Made by a program: the position numbers and the translations under genes
The notes under the pieces: generated by a model
Seen by the model: the letters and a program-made list of their open reading frames with translations, nothing else
Databases searched by the model: none
Told to the model about the DNA's origin: nothing
Shown here: piece by piece, positions 36,401 to 50,953 of the stretch
Layout: each line of letters begins with the position of its first letter
Numbering within the stretch: position 1 is the first letter of the stretch
Assembly (NCBI GenBank): GCA_043228905.1
Contig: JBHGNT010000015.1
Location: 10,168,001 to 10,232,000 of the forward strand
Direction of reading: 5' to 3'
Length of the DNA: 64,000 bases
DNA from: Azolla caroliniana
Taxonomy: Eukaryota > Plantae > Polypodiophyta

Positions 36401-39400
36401 TTGTTGGATGTATCGATCATACACCTCATTTGGAGCTTGGAGCCAAATGTCAAAATCAAGACCCAGTTTCGTCGTATCTACAGGGGTTGCAACGAATTCG
36501 TCCGCTTATAGGCAGCAATACCCAGGAGTGCACTCGAACGAGAGATCAGATCATGATACGTGCCCAACGAACCTCGTGGACAACCGACTGTTCCCCCAAA
36601 CCTCTAAACGTGGTAGACGATACGAGGGAAAAAAGAAAGCATTGACGATATGGTGGTGCGGGATCCTACGCAGTAATGCCTCATTAGATGACAACAGATT
36701 TGCACCGCCGTTGGTGCCGTTGCCGGGGATCGAACCCGGGTCACCCGCATGACAGGCGGGAATACTCACCACTATACTATAACGACATGCTCGTATTGGA
36801 AGTATCGATCATACAGCTCCTTTGGAGCATGGACCCGAATGTCAAAATCCAGACCTGGTTTCGTCGTATCTTCAGGGGTTGCAACGAATTCGTCCGCTTA
36901 TAGGCAGCAATACCCAGGAGATCACTCGAAGGTGAGATCATATGATGATATGCGCCCAACCAACCTCGTGGACAACCGACTGTCCCCCCAAGGTCCTAAA
37001 CGTGGTAGAGGATACGAGGGAAGAAAGAAAGCATTGACGATATGGTGGTGCGGAATCCTAGGCGGCAATGCCTTAGCAGATGACATCAGATTCGCACCGC
37101 CCTTGGCGCCGTTGCCGGGGATCGAACCGGGTCAACCGTGTGACAGGCGGGAATACTCACCACTATAATACAACGCCATGCTCGTGTTGGAAGTATCGAT
37201 CATACACCTCATTTGGAGCATTGACCCGAATATCAAAATCGAAACTTGATTTTGTCGTATCTGCAGGGGTTGTAATGAATTCGTCCGCTTATAGGCAGCA
37301 ATACCCAGGAGTGCACTCCAATGAGAGACCATATGATGATATGTGCCCAACCAACCTCATGGATGACCAGTTGTCCACCCAACGTCAATAACGTGGTAGA
37401 GGATACGAGGGAAGAAGGAAAGCATTGATGATATGGTGGTGCGGGATCCTAGGCGGCGATGCCTCAGTAGATGACATCAGATTCGCACCGCCCTTGGGGC
37501 CGTTGCCGGGGATCGAACCGGGTCAACCGTGTGACAGGCGGGAATACTCACCACTATAATACAACGCCATGCTCGTGTTGGAAGTATCGATCATACACCT
37601 CATTTGGAGCATTGACCCGACTATCAAAATCGAAACTTGATTTCGTCGTATCTGCAGGGGTTGTAATGAATTCGTCCGCTTATAGGCAGCAATACCCAGG
37701 AGTGCACTCCAATGAGAGACCATATGATGATATGTGCCCAACCAACCTCTTGGATGACCAGCTGTCCCCCCAAGGTCAATAACGTGGTAGAGGATACGAG
37801 GGAAGAAGGAAAGCATTGATGATATGGTGGTGCGGGATCCTAGGCGGCGATGCCTCAGTAGATGACATCAGATTCGCACCGCCCTTGGGGCCGTTGTTCG
37901 GGATCGAGCCCGGGTCACCCGCGTGACAGGCGGGAATACTCACCACTATACTACAACAACATGCTCTGGTTGGATTTATCGATCATACACCTCATTTGGA
38001 GCTTGGACCCAAATGTCAAAATCTAGACCCAGTTTCGTCGTATCTACAGGGGTTGCAACGAATTCGTCCGCTTATAGGCAGCAATACCCAAGAGTGCACT
38101 CCAACGAGAGACCATATGATGATATGTCCCATACCAACCTCATGGATGACCAGCTGTCCCCCCAAGGTCAAAAACGTGGTAGAGGATACGAGGGAAGAAG
38201 GAAAGCATTGTCGATATGGTGGTGCGGGATCCAAGCCGGCAATTCCTTAGTAGATGACATCAGATTCGCACCGCCCTTGGCGCCGTTGCCGTGGATCGAA
38301 CCGGGGTCACCCGCGTGACAGGCGGGAATACTCTCACCACTATACTACAACGAAATGCGTGGACAACCGACTGTTCCCCCAAGGTTATAAACGTGGTAGA
38401 GGATACAAGGAAAGAAGGAAAGCATTGTTGATATCGTGGTGCGGTATCCGAGGCCGCAATGCCGTAGTATATGACATCAGATTCGCACTGCCCTTGGCGC
38501 CGTTGCCGGGGATCGAACCCGAGTCAACCGTGTGACAGGCGGCAATACTCACCACTATAATACAACGCCATGCTCGTGTTGGAAGTATCGATCATACACC
38601 TCATTTGGAGCATTGACCCGAATTTCAAAATCGAAACTTGATTTCGTCGTATCTGCAAGTGTTGTAATGAATTCGTCCGCTTATAGGCAGCAATACCCAG
38701 GAGTACACTCCAATGAGACACCATATGATGATATGCGCCCAACCAACCTCATGGATGACCAGCTGTCCCCCCAAGGTCAATAACGTGGTAGAGGATACGA
38801 GGGAAGAAGGAAAGCATTGATGATATGGTGGTGCAGGATCCTAGGCGGCGATGCCTGAGTAGATGACATCAAATTCGCACCGCCCTTGGGGCCGTTGTTG
38901 GGGATCGAGCCCGGGTCACCCGCGTGACAGGCGGGAATACTCACCACTATACTACAACAACATGCTCTTGTTGGATGTATCGATCATACACCTCATTTGG
39001 AGCTTGTACCCAAATGTCAAAATCTAGACCCAGTTTCGTCGTATCTACAGGGGTTGCAACGAATTCGTCCGCTTATAGGCAGCAATACCCAAGAGTGCAC
39101 TCCAACGAGAGACCATATGATGATATGTCCCCAACCAACCTCATGGATGACCAGTTGTCCCCCCAAGGTTACGAGGGAAGAAGGAAAGCATTGTCGATAT
39201 GGTGGTGCGGGATCCAAGCCGGCAATTCCTTAGTAGATGACATCAGATTCGCACCGCCCTTGGCGCCGTTGCCGTGGATCGAACCGGGGTCACCCGCGTG
39301 ACAGGCGGGAATACTGACCAGTATACTACAACGAAATGCGTGGACAATCGACTGTTCCCCCAAAGTTATAAACGTGGTAGAGGATACAAGGAAAGAAGGA

Positions 39401-40217
39401 AAGCATTGTTGATATCGTGGTGCGGTATCCGAGGCCGCAATGCCGTAGTATATGAAATCAGATTCGCACCGCCCTTGGCACCATTGCCGGGGATTGAACC
39501 CGGGTCACCCGTGTGATAGGCGGGAATACTGCCCACTCTACTACAACGACATGCTCATGTTGGAAGTTTCGATAATACACCTCGTTTGGAGCATGGACCC
39601 GAATGTCAAAATCAAGACCCGGTTTCGTCGTATCTCCAGGGTTTGCAACGAATTCGTCCGCTTATAGGAAGCAATACCCAGGAGTGCACTCGAACGAGAG
39701 ATCATATGATGGTATGTGCCCAACCAACCTCGTGGACGACCGACGCTCCCCCCAAGGTCAAAAACAGGTTAAAGGATACGAGGGAAGAAAGAGAGCGTTG
39801 ACGAAATGGTGGTTCGGGATCCTTGGCGGCGATGCCTTAGTAGATAACATTAGATTCGCACCGTCCTTGGCGCCGTTGCCGGGGATCGAATCTGGTTAAC
39901 CCGCGTGACAGACGGGAATACTCAACACTATACTACAACGACATGCTCGTGTTGGATGTATCGATCATACACCTCCTTTGGAGCATGGACCCAAATGTCA
40001 AAATCTAGACCCGGTTTCGTCGTATCTATAGGGGTCGCAACGAAATCGTCCGCTTATAGGCAGCAATACCCAAGAGTGCACTCCAACGAGAGACCATATG
40101 ATGATATGTGCCCAACCAACCTCGTGGATGACCAGTTGTCCCCCAAGGTCAAAAACATGGTAGAGGATACGAGGGAAGAAGGAAAGCATTTATGATATGG
40201 TAGAGCGGGATCCTAAG

Positions 40218-40289
40218 CGCCGTTGCCGGGGATCGAACCCGGGTCACCCGCGTGACAGGCGGGAATACTCACCACTATACTACAACGAC
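40218..40289 (-). tRNA. trnD-GUC: tRNA-Asp(GUC), perfect consensus
   Basis: Identical 72-mer; short monomer with downstream T5. Confidence 0.93.
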
Positions 40290-43200
40290 ATGCTCGTGTT
40301 GGATGTATCCATCATACACCACATTTGGAGCATGGACCCGAATGTCAAAATCCAGACCCGGTTTCGTCGTATCTGTAGGGGTTGCAACGAAATCGTCCGC
40401 TTATAGGCAGCAATACCCAGGAGTGCACTCCAACGAGAGACCATATAATGATATGTGCCCAACCAACCTCGTGGATGACCAGCTATCCCCCCAAGGTTAA
40501 TAACGTGGTAGAGGATACGAGGGAAGAAGGAAAGCATTGATGATATGGTGGTGCGGGATCCTAGGCGGCGATGCCTCAGTAGATGACATCAGATTCGCAC
40601 CGCCTTGGGGACGTTGTTGGGGATCGAGCCCGGGTCACCCGCGTGACAGGCGGGAATACTCAACATTATACTACAACAACATGCTCTTGTTGGATGTATC
40701 GATCATACACCTCATTTGGAGCTTGGACCCAAATGTCAAAATCTAGACCCAATTTCGTCGTATCTACAGGGGTTGCAACGAATTCGTCTGCTTATAGGCA
40801 ACAATACTCAAGAGTGCACTCGAACGAAAGACCATATGATGATATGTGCCCAACCAACCTCTTGGATGACCAGCTGTCCCCCCAAGGTAAAAAACGTGGT
40901 AGAGGATACGCGGGAAGAAGGAAAGCATTGCTGATATGGTAGCGCGGGATCCTAAGCGCCGTTTTGAGGGATCGAACCCGGGTCACCCGCGTGACAGGCG
41001 GGAATATTCACAACTATACTACAACGACATGCTCGTGTTGGATGTATCGATCATAGACCTCATTTGGAACATGGACTCGAATGTAAAAATCCAGACCCGG
41101 TTTCGTCGTATCTGTAGGGGTTGCAACGAAATCGTCCGCTTATAGGCAGCAATACCCAGGAGTGCACTCCAACGAGAGACCATATAATGATATGTGCCCA
41201 ACCAACCTCGTAGATGACCAGCTGTCCCCCCAAGGTCAATAACGTGGTAGAGGATACGAGGGAAGAAGGAAGGCATTGATGATATGGTGGTGCAGGATCC
41301 TAGGCGGCGATGCCTCAGTAGATGACATCAAATTCGCACCGCCCTTGGGGCCGTTGTTGGGGATCGAGCCCGGGTCACCCGCGTGACAGGCGGGAATACT
41401 CAACATTATATTACAACAACATGCTCTTGTTGGATGTATCGATCATACACCTCATTTGGAGCTTGGACCCAAATGTCAAAATCTAGACACAGTTTCGTCG
41501 TATCTACAGGGGTTGCAACGAATTCGTCTGCTTATAGGCACCAATACTCAAGAGTGCACTCGAACGAAAGACCATATGATGATATGTGCCCAACCAACCT
41601 CTTGGATGACCAGCTGTCCCCCCAAGGTAAAAAACGTGGTAGAGGATACGAGGGAAGAAGGAAAGCATTGCTGATATGGTAGCGCGGGATCCTAAGCGCC
41701 GTTTTGAGGGATTGAACCCGGGTCACCCGCGTGACAGGCGGGAATATTCACAACTATACTACAACGACATGCTCTTGTTGGATGTATCGATCATAGACCT
41801 CATTTGGAACATGGACTCGAATGTAAAAATCTAGACCCGGTTTCGTCGTATCTGTAGGGGTTGCAACGAAATCGTCCGCTTATAGGCAGCAATACCCAGG
41901 AGTGCACTCCAACGAGAGACCATATAATGATATGTGCCCAACCAACCTCGTAGATGACCAGCTGTCCCCCCAAGGTCAATAACGTGGTAGAGGATACGAG
42001 GGAAGAAGGAAGGCATTGATGATATGGTGGTGCAGGATCCTAGGCGGCGATGCCTCAGTAGATGACATCAAATTCGCACCGCCCTTGGGGCCGTTGTTGG
42101 GGATCGAGCCCGGGTCACCCGCGTGACAGGCGGGAATACTCAACATTATATTACAACAACATGCTCTTGTTGGATGTATCGATCATACACCTCATTTGGA
42201 GCTTGGACCCAAATGTCAAAATCTAGACACAGTTTCGTCGTATCTACAGGGGTTGCAACGAATTCGTCTGCTTATAGGCAACAATACTCAAGAGTGCACT
42301 CTAACGAAAGACCATATGATGATATGTGCCCAACCAACCTCTTGGATGACCAGCTGTCCCCCCAAGGTAAAAAACGTGGTAGAGGATACGAGGGAAGAAG
42401 GAAAGCATTGCTGATATGGTAGCGCGGGATCCTAAGCGCCGTTGTGAGGGATCGAACCCGGGTCACCCGCGTGACAGGCGGGAATATTCACAACTATACT
42501 ACAACGACATGCTCTTGTTGGATGTATCGATCATAGACCTCATTTGGAACATGGACTCGAATGTAAAAATCCAGACCCGGTTTCGTCGTATCTGTAGGGG
42601 TTGCAACGAAATCGTCCGCTTATAGGCAGCAATACCCAGGAGTGCACTCCAACGAGAGACCATATAATGATATGTGCCCAACCAACCTAGTGGATGACCA
42701 GCTGTCCCCCCAAGGTCAATAACGTGGTAGAGGATACGAGGGAAGAAGGAAAGCATTGATGATATGGTGGTGCGGGATCCTAGGCGGCGATGCCTCAGTA
42801 GATGAAATCAGATTCGCACCGCCCTTGGGGTCGTTGTTGGGGATCGAGCCCGGGTCACCTGCGTGACAAGCGGGAATACTCAACACTATACTACAACAAG
42901 ATGCTCTTGTTGGATGTATCGATCATACACCTCATTTGGAGCTTGGACCCAAATGTCAAAATCTAGACCCAGTTTCGTCGTATCTACAGGGGTTGCAACG
43001 AATTCGTCCGCTTATAAGTAGTAATACCCAAGAGTGCACTCCAACGAGAGACCATATGATGATATGTGCCCAACCAACCTCGTGGATGGACCAGTTGTCC
43101 CCCCAAGGTCAAAAACGTGGTAGAGGATACGAGGGAAGAAGGAAAGCATTGCTGATATGGTAGAGCGGGATCCTTAGCGCCGTTGCCGGGAATCGAACCC

Positions 43201-43850
43201 GGGTCACCCGCGTGACAGGCGGGAATACTCACCACTATACTACAACGACATGCTCGTGTTGGATGTATCGATCACACACCTCAGTTGGAGCATGGACCCG
43301 AATGTCAAAATCCAGACCTGGTTTCGTGGTATCTGTAGGGGTTGCAACGAAATCGTCCGCTTATAGGCAGCAATACCCAGGAGTGCACTCCAACGAGAGA
43401 CCATATAATGATATGTCCCCAACCAACCTCGTGGATGACCAGATGTCCCCCCAAGGTCAATAACGTGGTAGAGGATACGAGGGAAGAAGGAAAGTATTGA
43501 TGATGTAGTGGTGCGGGATCCTAGGCGGCGATGCCTCAGTAGATGACATCAGATTCGCACCGCCCTTGGGGCCGTTGTTCGGGATCGAGCCCGGGTCACC
43601 CGCGTGACAGGCGGGAATACTCAACACTATACTACAACAACATGCTTTTGTTGGATGTATCGATCATACACGTCATTTGGAGCTTGGACCCAAATGTCAA
43701 AATCTAGACCCAGTTTCGTCGTATCTACAGGGGTTGCAACGAATTCGTCCGCTTATAAGTAGTAATACCCAAGACTGCACTCCAACGAGAGACCATATGA
43801 TGATATGTGCCCAACCAACCTCGTGGATGACCAGCTGTCCCCGCAAGGTC

Positions 43851-43855
43851 AAAAA
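43851..43855 (-). terminator. Putative Pol III oligo-T terminator (representative of short monomers)
   Basis: TTTTT on the tRNA strand, 62 nt 3' of the tRNA. It is TTATT at the same position in the long monomers of the dimer region. Confidence 0.6.
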
Positions 43856-43917
43856 CGTGGTAGAGGATACGAGGGAAGAAGGAAAGCATTGCTGATATGG
43901 TAGAGCGGGATCCTGAG

Positions 43918-43989
43918 CGCCGTTGCCGGGGATCGAACCCGGGTCACCCGCGTGACAGGCGGGAATACTCACCACTATACTACAACGAC
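43918..43989 (-). tRNA. trnD-GUC: tRNA-Asp(GUC), perfect consensus
   Basis: Identical 72-mer; short monomer, T5 at 43851-43855. Confidence 0.93.
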
Positions 43990-46833
43990 CTGCTCGTGTT
44001 GGATGTATCGATCACACACCTCATTTGGAGCATGGACCCGAATGACAAAATCCAGACCCGGTTTCGTCGTATCTGTAGGGGTTGCAACGAAATCGTCCGC
44101 TTATAGGCAGCAATACCCAGGAGTGCACTCCAACGAGAGACCATATAATGATATGTGCCCAACCAACCTCGTGGATGACCAGCTGTCCCCGCAAGGTCAA
44201 AAACGTGGTAGAGGATACGAGAGAAGAAGGAAAGCATTGATGATATGGTAGACCGGGATCCTTAGCGCCGTTGCCGGGGATCGAACCTGGGTCACCCGCG
44301 TGACAGGCGGGAATACTCACCACTATACTACAACGACATGCTCGTGTTGGATGTATCGATCACACACCTCATTTGGAGCATGGACCCGAATGACAAAATC
44401 CAGACCCGGTTTCGTCGTATCTGTAGGGGTTGCAACCAAATCGTCTGCTTATAGGCAGCAATACCCAGGAATGCACTCCAACGAGAGACCATATAATGAT
44501 ATGTGCCCAACCAACCTCGTGGATGACCAGCTGTCCCCCCAAGGTCAATAACGTGGTAGAGGATACGAGGGAAGAAGGAAAGCATTGATGATATGGTGGT
44601 GCGGGATCCTAGGCGGCGATGCCTCAGTAGATGAAATCAGATTAGCACCGCACTTGGGGCCGTTGTTGGGGATCGAGCCCGGGTCACCCGCGTGACAGGC
44701 GGGAATACTCAACACTATACTACAACAACATGCTCTTGTTGGATATATCGATCATACACCTCATTTGGAGCTTGGACCCAAATGTCAAAATCTAGACCCA
44801 GTTTCGTCGTATCTACAGGGGTTGCAACGAATTCGTCCGCTTATAAGTAGTAATACCCAAGACTGCACTCCAACGAGAGACCATATAATGATATGTGCCC
44901 AACCAACCTCGTGGATGACCAGCTGTCCCCCCAAGGTCAAAAACGTGGTAGAGGATACGAGGGAAGAAGGAAAGCATTGCTGATATGTTAGAGCGGGATC
45001 CTTAGCGCCGTTGCCGGGGATCGAACCCGGGTCACCCGCGTGACAGGCGGGAATACTCAACACTATACTACAACGACATGCTCGTGTTGGATGTATCGAT
45101 CACACACCTCAGTTGGAGCATGGACCCGAATGTCAAAATCCAGACCTGGTTTCGTTGTATCTGTAGGGGTTGCAACGAAATCGTCCGCTTATAGGCAGCA
45201 ATACCCAGGAGTGCACTCCAACGAGAGACCATATAATGATATGTCCCCAACCAACCTCGTGGATGACCAGATGTCCCCCCAAGGTAAATAACGTGGTAGA
45301 GGATACGAGGGAAGAAGGAAAGTATTGATGATATAGTGGTGCGGGATCCTAGGCGGCGATGCCTCAGTAGATGACATCAGATTCGCACCGCCCTTGGGGC
45401 CGTTGTTCGGGATCGAGCCCGGGTCACCCGCGTGACAGGCGGGAATACTCAACACTATACTACAACAACATGCTCTTGTTGGATGTATCGATCATACACC
45501 TCATTTGGAGCTTGGACCCAAATGTCAAAATCTAGACCCAGTTTCGTCGTATCTACAGGGGTTGCAACGAATTCGTCCGCTTATAAGTAGTAATACCCAA
45601 GACTGCACTCCAACGAGAGACCATATGATGATATGTGCCCAACCAACCTCGTGGATGACCAGCTGTCCCCGCAAGGTCAAAAACGTGGTAGAGGATACGA
45701 GGGAAGAAGGAAAGCATTGCTGATATGGTAGAGCGGGATCCTGAGCGCCGTTGCCGGGGATCGAACCCGGGTCACCCGCGTGACACGCGGGAATACTCAC
45801 CACTATACTACAACGACCTGCTCGTGTTGGATGTATCGATCACACACCTCATTTGGAGCATGGACCCGAATGACAAAATCCAGACCCGGTTTCGTCGTAT
45901 CTGTAGGGGTTGCAACGAAATCGTCCGCTTATAGGCAGCAATACCCAGGAGTGCACTCCAACGAGAGACCATATAATGATATGTGCCCAACCAACCTCGT
46001 GGATGACCAGCTGTCCCCGCAAGGTCAAAAACGTGGTAGAGGATACGAGAGAAGAAGGAAAGCATTGATGATATGGTAGACCGGGATCCTTAGCGCCGTT
46101 GCCGGGGATCGAACCTGGGTCACCCGCGTGACAGGCGGGAATACTCACCACTATACTACAACGACATGCTCGTGTTGGATGTATCGATCACACACCTCAT
46201 TTGGAGCATGGACCCGAATGACAAAATCCAGACCCGGTTTCGTCGTATCTGTAGGGGTTGCAACGAAATCGTCCGCTTATAGGCAGCAATACCCAGGAGT
46301 GCACTCCAACGAGAGACCATATAATGATATGTGCCCAACCAACCTCGTGGATGACCAGCTGTCCCCCCAAGGTCAATAACGTGGTAGAGGATACGAGGGA
46401 AGAAGGAAAGCATTGATGATATGGTGGTGCGGGATCCTAGGCGGCGATGCCTCAGTAGATGAAATCAGATTAGCACCGCACTTGGGGCCGTTGTTGGGGA
46501 TCGAGCCCGGGTCACCCGCGTGACAGGCGGCAATACTCAACACTATACTACAACAACATGCTCTTGTTGGATATATCGATCATACACCTCATTTGGAGCT
46601 TGGACCCAAATGTCAAAATTTAGACCCAGTTTCGTCGTATCTACAGGGGTTGCAACGAATTCGTCCGCTTATAAGTAGTAATACCCAAGACTACACTCCA
46701 ACGAGAGACCATATGATGATATGTGCCCCACCAACCTCGTGGATGACCAGCTGTCCCCCCAAGGTCAAAAACGTGGTAGAGGATACGAGGGAAGAAGGAA
46801 AGCATTGCTGATATGGTAGAGCGGGATCCTTAG

Positions 46834-46905
46834 CGCCGTTGCCGGGGATCGAACCCGGGTCACCCGCGTGACAGGCGGGAATACTCACCACTATACTACA
46901 ACGAC
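46834..46905 (-). tRNA. trnD-GUC: tRNA-Asp(GUC), perfect consensus
   Basis: Identical 72-mer; short monomer. Confidence 0.93.
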
Positions 46906-47965
46906 ATGCTCGTGTTGGGTGTATCGATCACACACCTCATTTGGAGCAGGGACCCGAATGTCAAAATCCAGACCCGGTTTCGTCGTATCTGTAGGGGTTG
47001 CAACGAAATCGTCCGCTTATAGGCAGCAATACCCAGGAGTGCACTCCAACGAGAGACCATATAATGATATGTGCCCAACCAACCTCGTGGATGACCAGCT
47101 GTCCCCCCAAGGTCAATAACGTGGTAGAGGATACGAGGGAAGAAGGAAAGTATTGATGATATAGTGGTGCGGGATCCTAGGCGGCGATGCCTCAGTAGAT
47201 GACATCAGATTCGCACCGCCCTTGGGGTCGTTGTTGGGGATCGAGCCCGGGTCACCTGCGTGACAAGCGGGAATACTCAACACTATACTACAACAAGATG
47301 CTCTTGTTGGATGTATCGATCATACACCTCATTTGGAGCTTGGACCCAAATGTCAAAATCTAGACCCAGTTTCGTCGTATCTACAGGGGTTGCAACGAAT
47401 TCGTCCGCTTATAAGTAGTAATACCCAAGACTGCACTCCAACGAGAGACCATATGATGATATGTGCCCAACCAACCTCGTGGATGACCAGCTGTCCCCGC
47501 AAGGTCAAAAACGTGGTAGAGGATACGAGGGAAGAAGGAAAGCATTGCTGATATGGTAGAGCGGGATCCTGAGCTCCGTTGCCGGGGATCGAACCCGGGT
47601 CACCCGCGTGACAGGCGGGAATACTCACCACTATACTACAACGACCTGCTCGTGTTGGATGTATCGATCACACACCTCATTTGGAGCATGGACCTGAATG
47701 ACAAAATCCAGACCCGGTTTCGTCGTATCTGTAGGGGTTGCAACGAAATCGTCCGCTTATAGGCAGCAATACCCAGGAGTGCACTCCAACGAGAGACCAT
47801 ATAATGATATGTGCCCAACCAACCTCGTCGATGACCAGCTGTCCCCCCAAGGTCAATAACGTGGTAGAGGATACGAGGGAAGAAGGAAAGCATAGATGAT
47901 ATGGTGGTGCGGGATCCTAGGCGGCGATGCCTCAGTAGATGAAATCAGATTCGCACCGCACTTGG

Positions 47966-48037
47966 GGCCGTTGTTGGGGATCGAGCCCGGGTCACCCGCG
48001 TGACAGGCGGGAATACTCAACACTATACTACAACAAC
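47966..48037 (-). pseudogene. Representative tRNA-Asp pseudogene of the long monomer in the dimer region
   Basis: Carries C3T, D-loop GG to GT, T54C (GGGCTCGATC), T-stem GG to AA and discriminator G to C. Confidence 0.85.
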
Positions 48038-48313
48038 ATGCTCTTGTTGGATATATCGATCATACACCTCATTTGGAGCTTGGACCCAAATGTCAAAATC
48101 TAGACCCAGTTTCGTCGTATCTACAGGGGTTGCAACGAATTCGTCCGCTTATAAGTAGTAATACCCAAGACTGCACTCCAACGAGAGACCATATGATGAT
48201 ATGTGCCCAACCAACCTCGTGGATGACCAGCTGTCCCCCCAAGGTCAAAAATGTGGTAGAGGATACGAGGGAAGAAGGAAAGCATTGCTGATATGGTAGA
48301 GCGGGATCCTGAG

Positions 48314-48385
48314 CGCCGTTGCCGGGGATCGAACCCGGGTCACCCGCGTGACAGGCGGGAATACTCACCACTATACTACAACGAC
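48314..48385 (-). tRNA. trnD-GUC: tRNA-Asp(GUC), perfect consensus
   Basis: Identical 72-mer; short monomer. Confidence 0.93.
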
Positions 48386-49053
48386 ATGCTCGTGTTGGAT
48401 GTATCGATCACACACCTCATTTGGAGCATGGACCCGAATGACAAAATCCAGACCCGGTTTCGTCGTATCTGTAGGGGTTGCAACGAAATCGTCCGCTTAT
48501 AGGCAGCAATACCCAGGAGTGCACTCCAACAAGAGACCATATAATGATATGTGCCCAACCAACCTCGTGGATGACCAGCTGTCCCCCCAAGGTCAATACC
48601 GTGGTAGAGGATACGAGGGAAGAAGGAAAGCATTGATGATATGGTGGTGCGGGATCCTAGGCGGCGATGCCTCAGTAGATGAAATCAGATTCGCACCGCA
48701 CTTGGGGCCGTTGTTGGGGATCGAGCCCGGGTCACCCGCGTGACAGGCGGGAATACTCAACACTATACTACAACAACATGCTCTTGTTGGATATATCGAT
48801 CATACACCTCATTTGGAGCTTGGACCCAAATGTCAAAATCTAGACCCAGTTTCGTCGTATCTACAGGGGTTGCAACGAATTCGTCCGCTTATAAGTAGTA
48901 ATACCCAAGACTGCACTCCAACGAGAGACCATATGATGATATGTGCCCAACCAACCTCGTGGATGACCAGCTGTCCCCGCAAGGTCAAAAACGTGGTAGA
49001 GGATACGAGGGAAGAAGGAAAGCATTGCTGATATGGTAGAGCGGGATCCTGAG

Positions 49054-49125
49054 CGCCGTTGCCGGGGATCGAACCCGGGTCACCCGCGTGACAGGCGGGA
49101 ATACTCACCACTATACTACAACGAC
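49054..49125 (-). tRNA. trnD-GUC: tRNA-Asp(GUC), perfect consensus
   Basis: Identical 72-mer; short monomer. Confidence 0.93.
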
Positions 49126-49793
49126 CTGCTCGTGTTGGATGTATCGATCACACACCTCATTTGGAGCATGGACCCGAATGACAAAATCCAGACCCGGTTT
49201 CGTCGTATCTGTAGGGGTTGCAACGAAATCGTCCGCTTATAGGCAGCAATACCCAGGAGTGCACTCCAACGAGAGACCATATAATGATATGTGCCCAACC
49301 AACCTCGTGGATGACCAGCTGTCCCCGCAAGGTCAAAAACGTGGTAGAGGATACGAGAGAAGAAGGAAAGCATTGATGATATGGTGGTGCGGGATCCTAG
49401 GCGGCGATGCCTCAGTAGATGAAATCAGATTCGCACCGCACTTGGGGCCGTTGTTGGGGATCGAGCCCGGGTCACCCGCGTGACAGGCGGGAATACTCAA
49501 CACTATACTACAACAACATGCTCTTGTTGGATATATCGATCATACACCTCATTTGGAGCTTGGACCCAAATGTCAAAATCTAGACCCAGTTTCGTCGTAT
49601 CTACAGGGGTTGCAACGAATTCGTCCGCTTATAAGTAGTAATACCGAAGACTGCACTCCAACGAGAGACCATATGATGATATGTGCCCAACCAACCTCGT
49701 GGATGACCAGCTGTCCCCGCAAGGTCAAAAACGTGGTAGAGGATACGAGGGAAGAAGGAAAGCATTGCTGATATGGTAGAGCGGGATCCTGAG

Positions 49794-49865
49794 CGCCGTT
49801 GCCGGGGATCGAACCCGGGTCACCCGCGTGACAGGCGGGAATACTCACCACTATACTACAACGAC
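49794..49865 (-). tRNA. trnD-GUC: tRNA-Asp(GUC), perfect consensus
   Basis: Identical 72-mer; short monomer. Confidence 0.93.
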
Positions 49866-50881
49866 CTGCTCGTGTTGGATGTATCGATCACACACCTCAT
49901 TTGGAGCATGGACCCGAATGACAAAATCCAGACCCGGTTTCGTCGTATCTGTAGGGGTTGCAACGAAATCGTCCGCTTATAGGCAGCAATACCCAGGAGT
50001 GCACTCCAACGAGAGACCATATAATGATATGTGCCCAACCAACCTCGTGGATGACCAGCTGTCCCCGCAAGGTCAAAAACGTGGTAGAGGATACGAGAGA
50101 AGAAGGAAAGCATTGATGATATGGTAGAGCGGGATCCTTAGCGCCGTTGCCGGGGATCGAACCTGGGTCACCCGCGTGACAGGCGGGAATACTCACCACT
50201 ATACTACAACGACATGCTCGTGTTGGATGTATCGATCACACACCTCATTTGGAGCATGGACCCGAATGACAAAATCCAGACCCGGTTTCGTCGTATCTGT
50301 AGGGGTTGCAACGAAATCGTCCGCTTATAGGCAGCAATACCCAGGAGTGCACTCCAACGAGAGACCATATAATGATATGTGCCCAACCAACCTCGTGGAT
50401 GACCAGCTGTCCCCCCAAGGTCAATAACGTGGTAGAGGATACGAGGGAAGAAGGAAAGCATTGATGATATGGTGGTGCGGGATCCTAGGCGGCGATGCCT
50501 CAGTAGATGAAATCAGATTAGCACCGCACTTGGGGCCGTTGTTGGGGATCGAGCCCGGGTCACCCGCGTGACAGGCGGCAATACTCAACACTATACTACA
50601 ACAACATGCTCTTGTTGGATATATCGATCATACACCTCATTTGGAGCTTGGACCCAAATGTCAAAATCTAGACCCAGTTTCGTCGTATCTACAGGGGTTG
50701 CAACGAATTCGTCCGCTTATAAGTAGTAATACCCAAGACTACACTCCAACGAGAGACCATATGATGATATGTGCCCCACCAACCTCGTGGATGACCAGCT
50801 GTCCCCCCAAGGTCAAAAACGTGGTAGAGGATACGAGGGAAGAAGGAAAGCATTGCTGATATGGTAGAGCGGGATCCTTAG

Positions 50882-50953
50882 CGCCGTTGCCGGGGATCGA
50901 ACCCGGGTCACCCGCGTGACAGGCGGGAATACTCACCACTATACTACAACGAC
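50882..50953 (-). tRNA. trnD-GUC: tRNA-Asp(GUC), perfect consensus
   Basis: Identical 72-mer; short monomer. Confidence 0.93.

Noticed and set aside
43790-43902. Box C/D snoRNA-like arrangement on the plus strand (ACCAT-ATGATGA ... CTGA-TATGGT)
   Set aside because: CTGA exists only in a derived subset of monomers, the k-turn spacing is non-canonical, it is antisense to the tRNA and no guide target was recognised.
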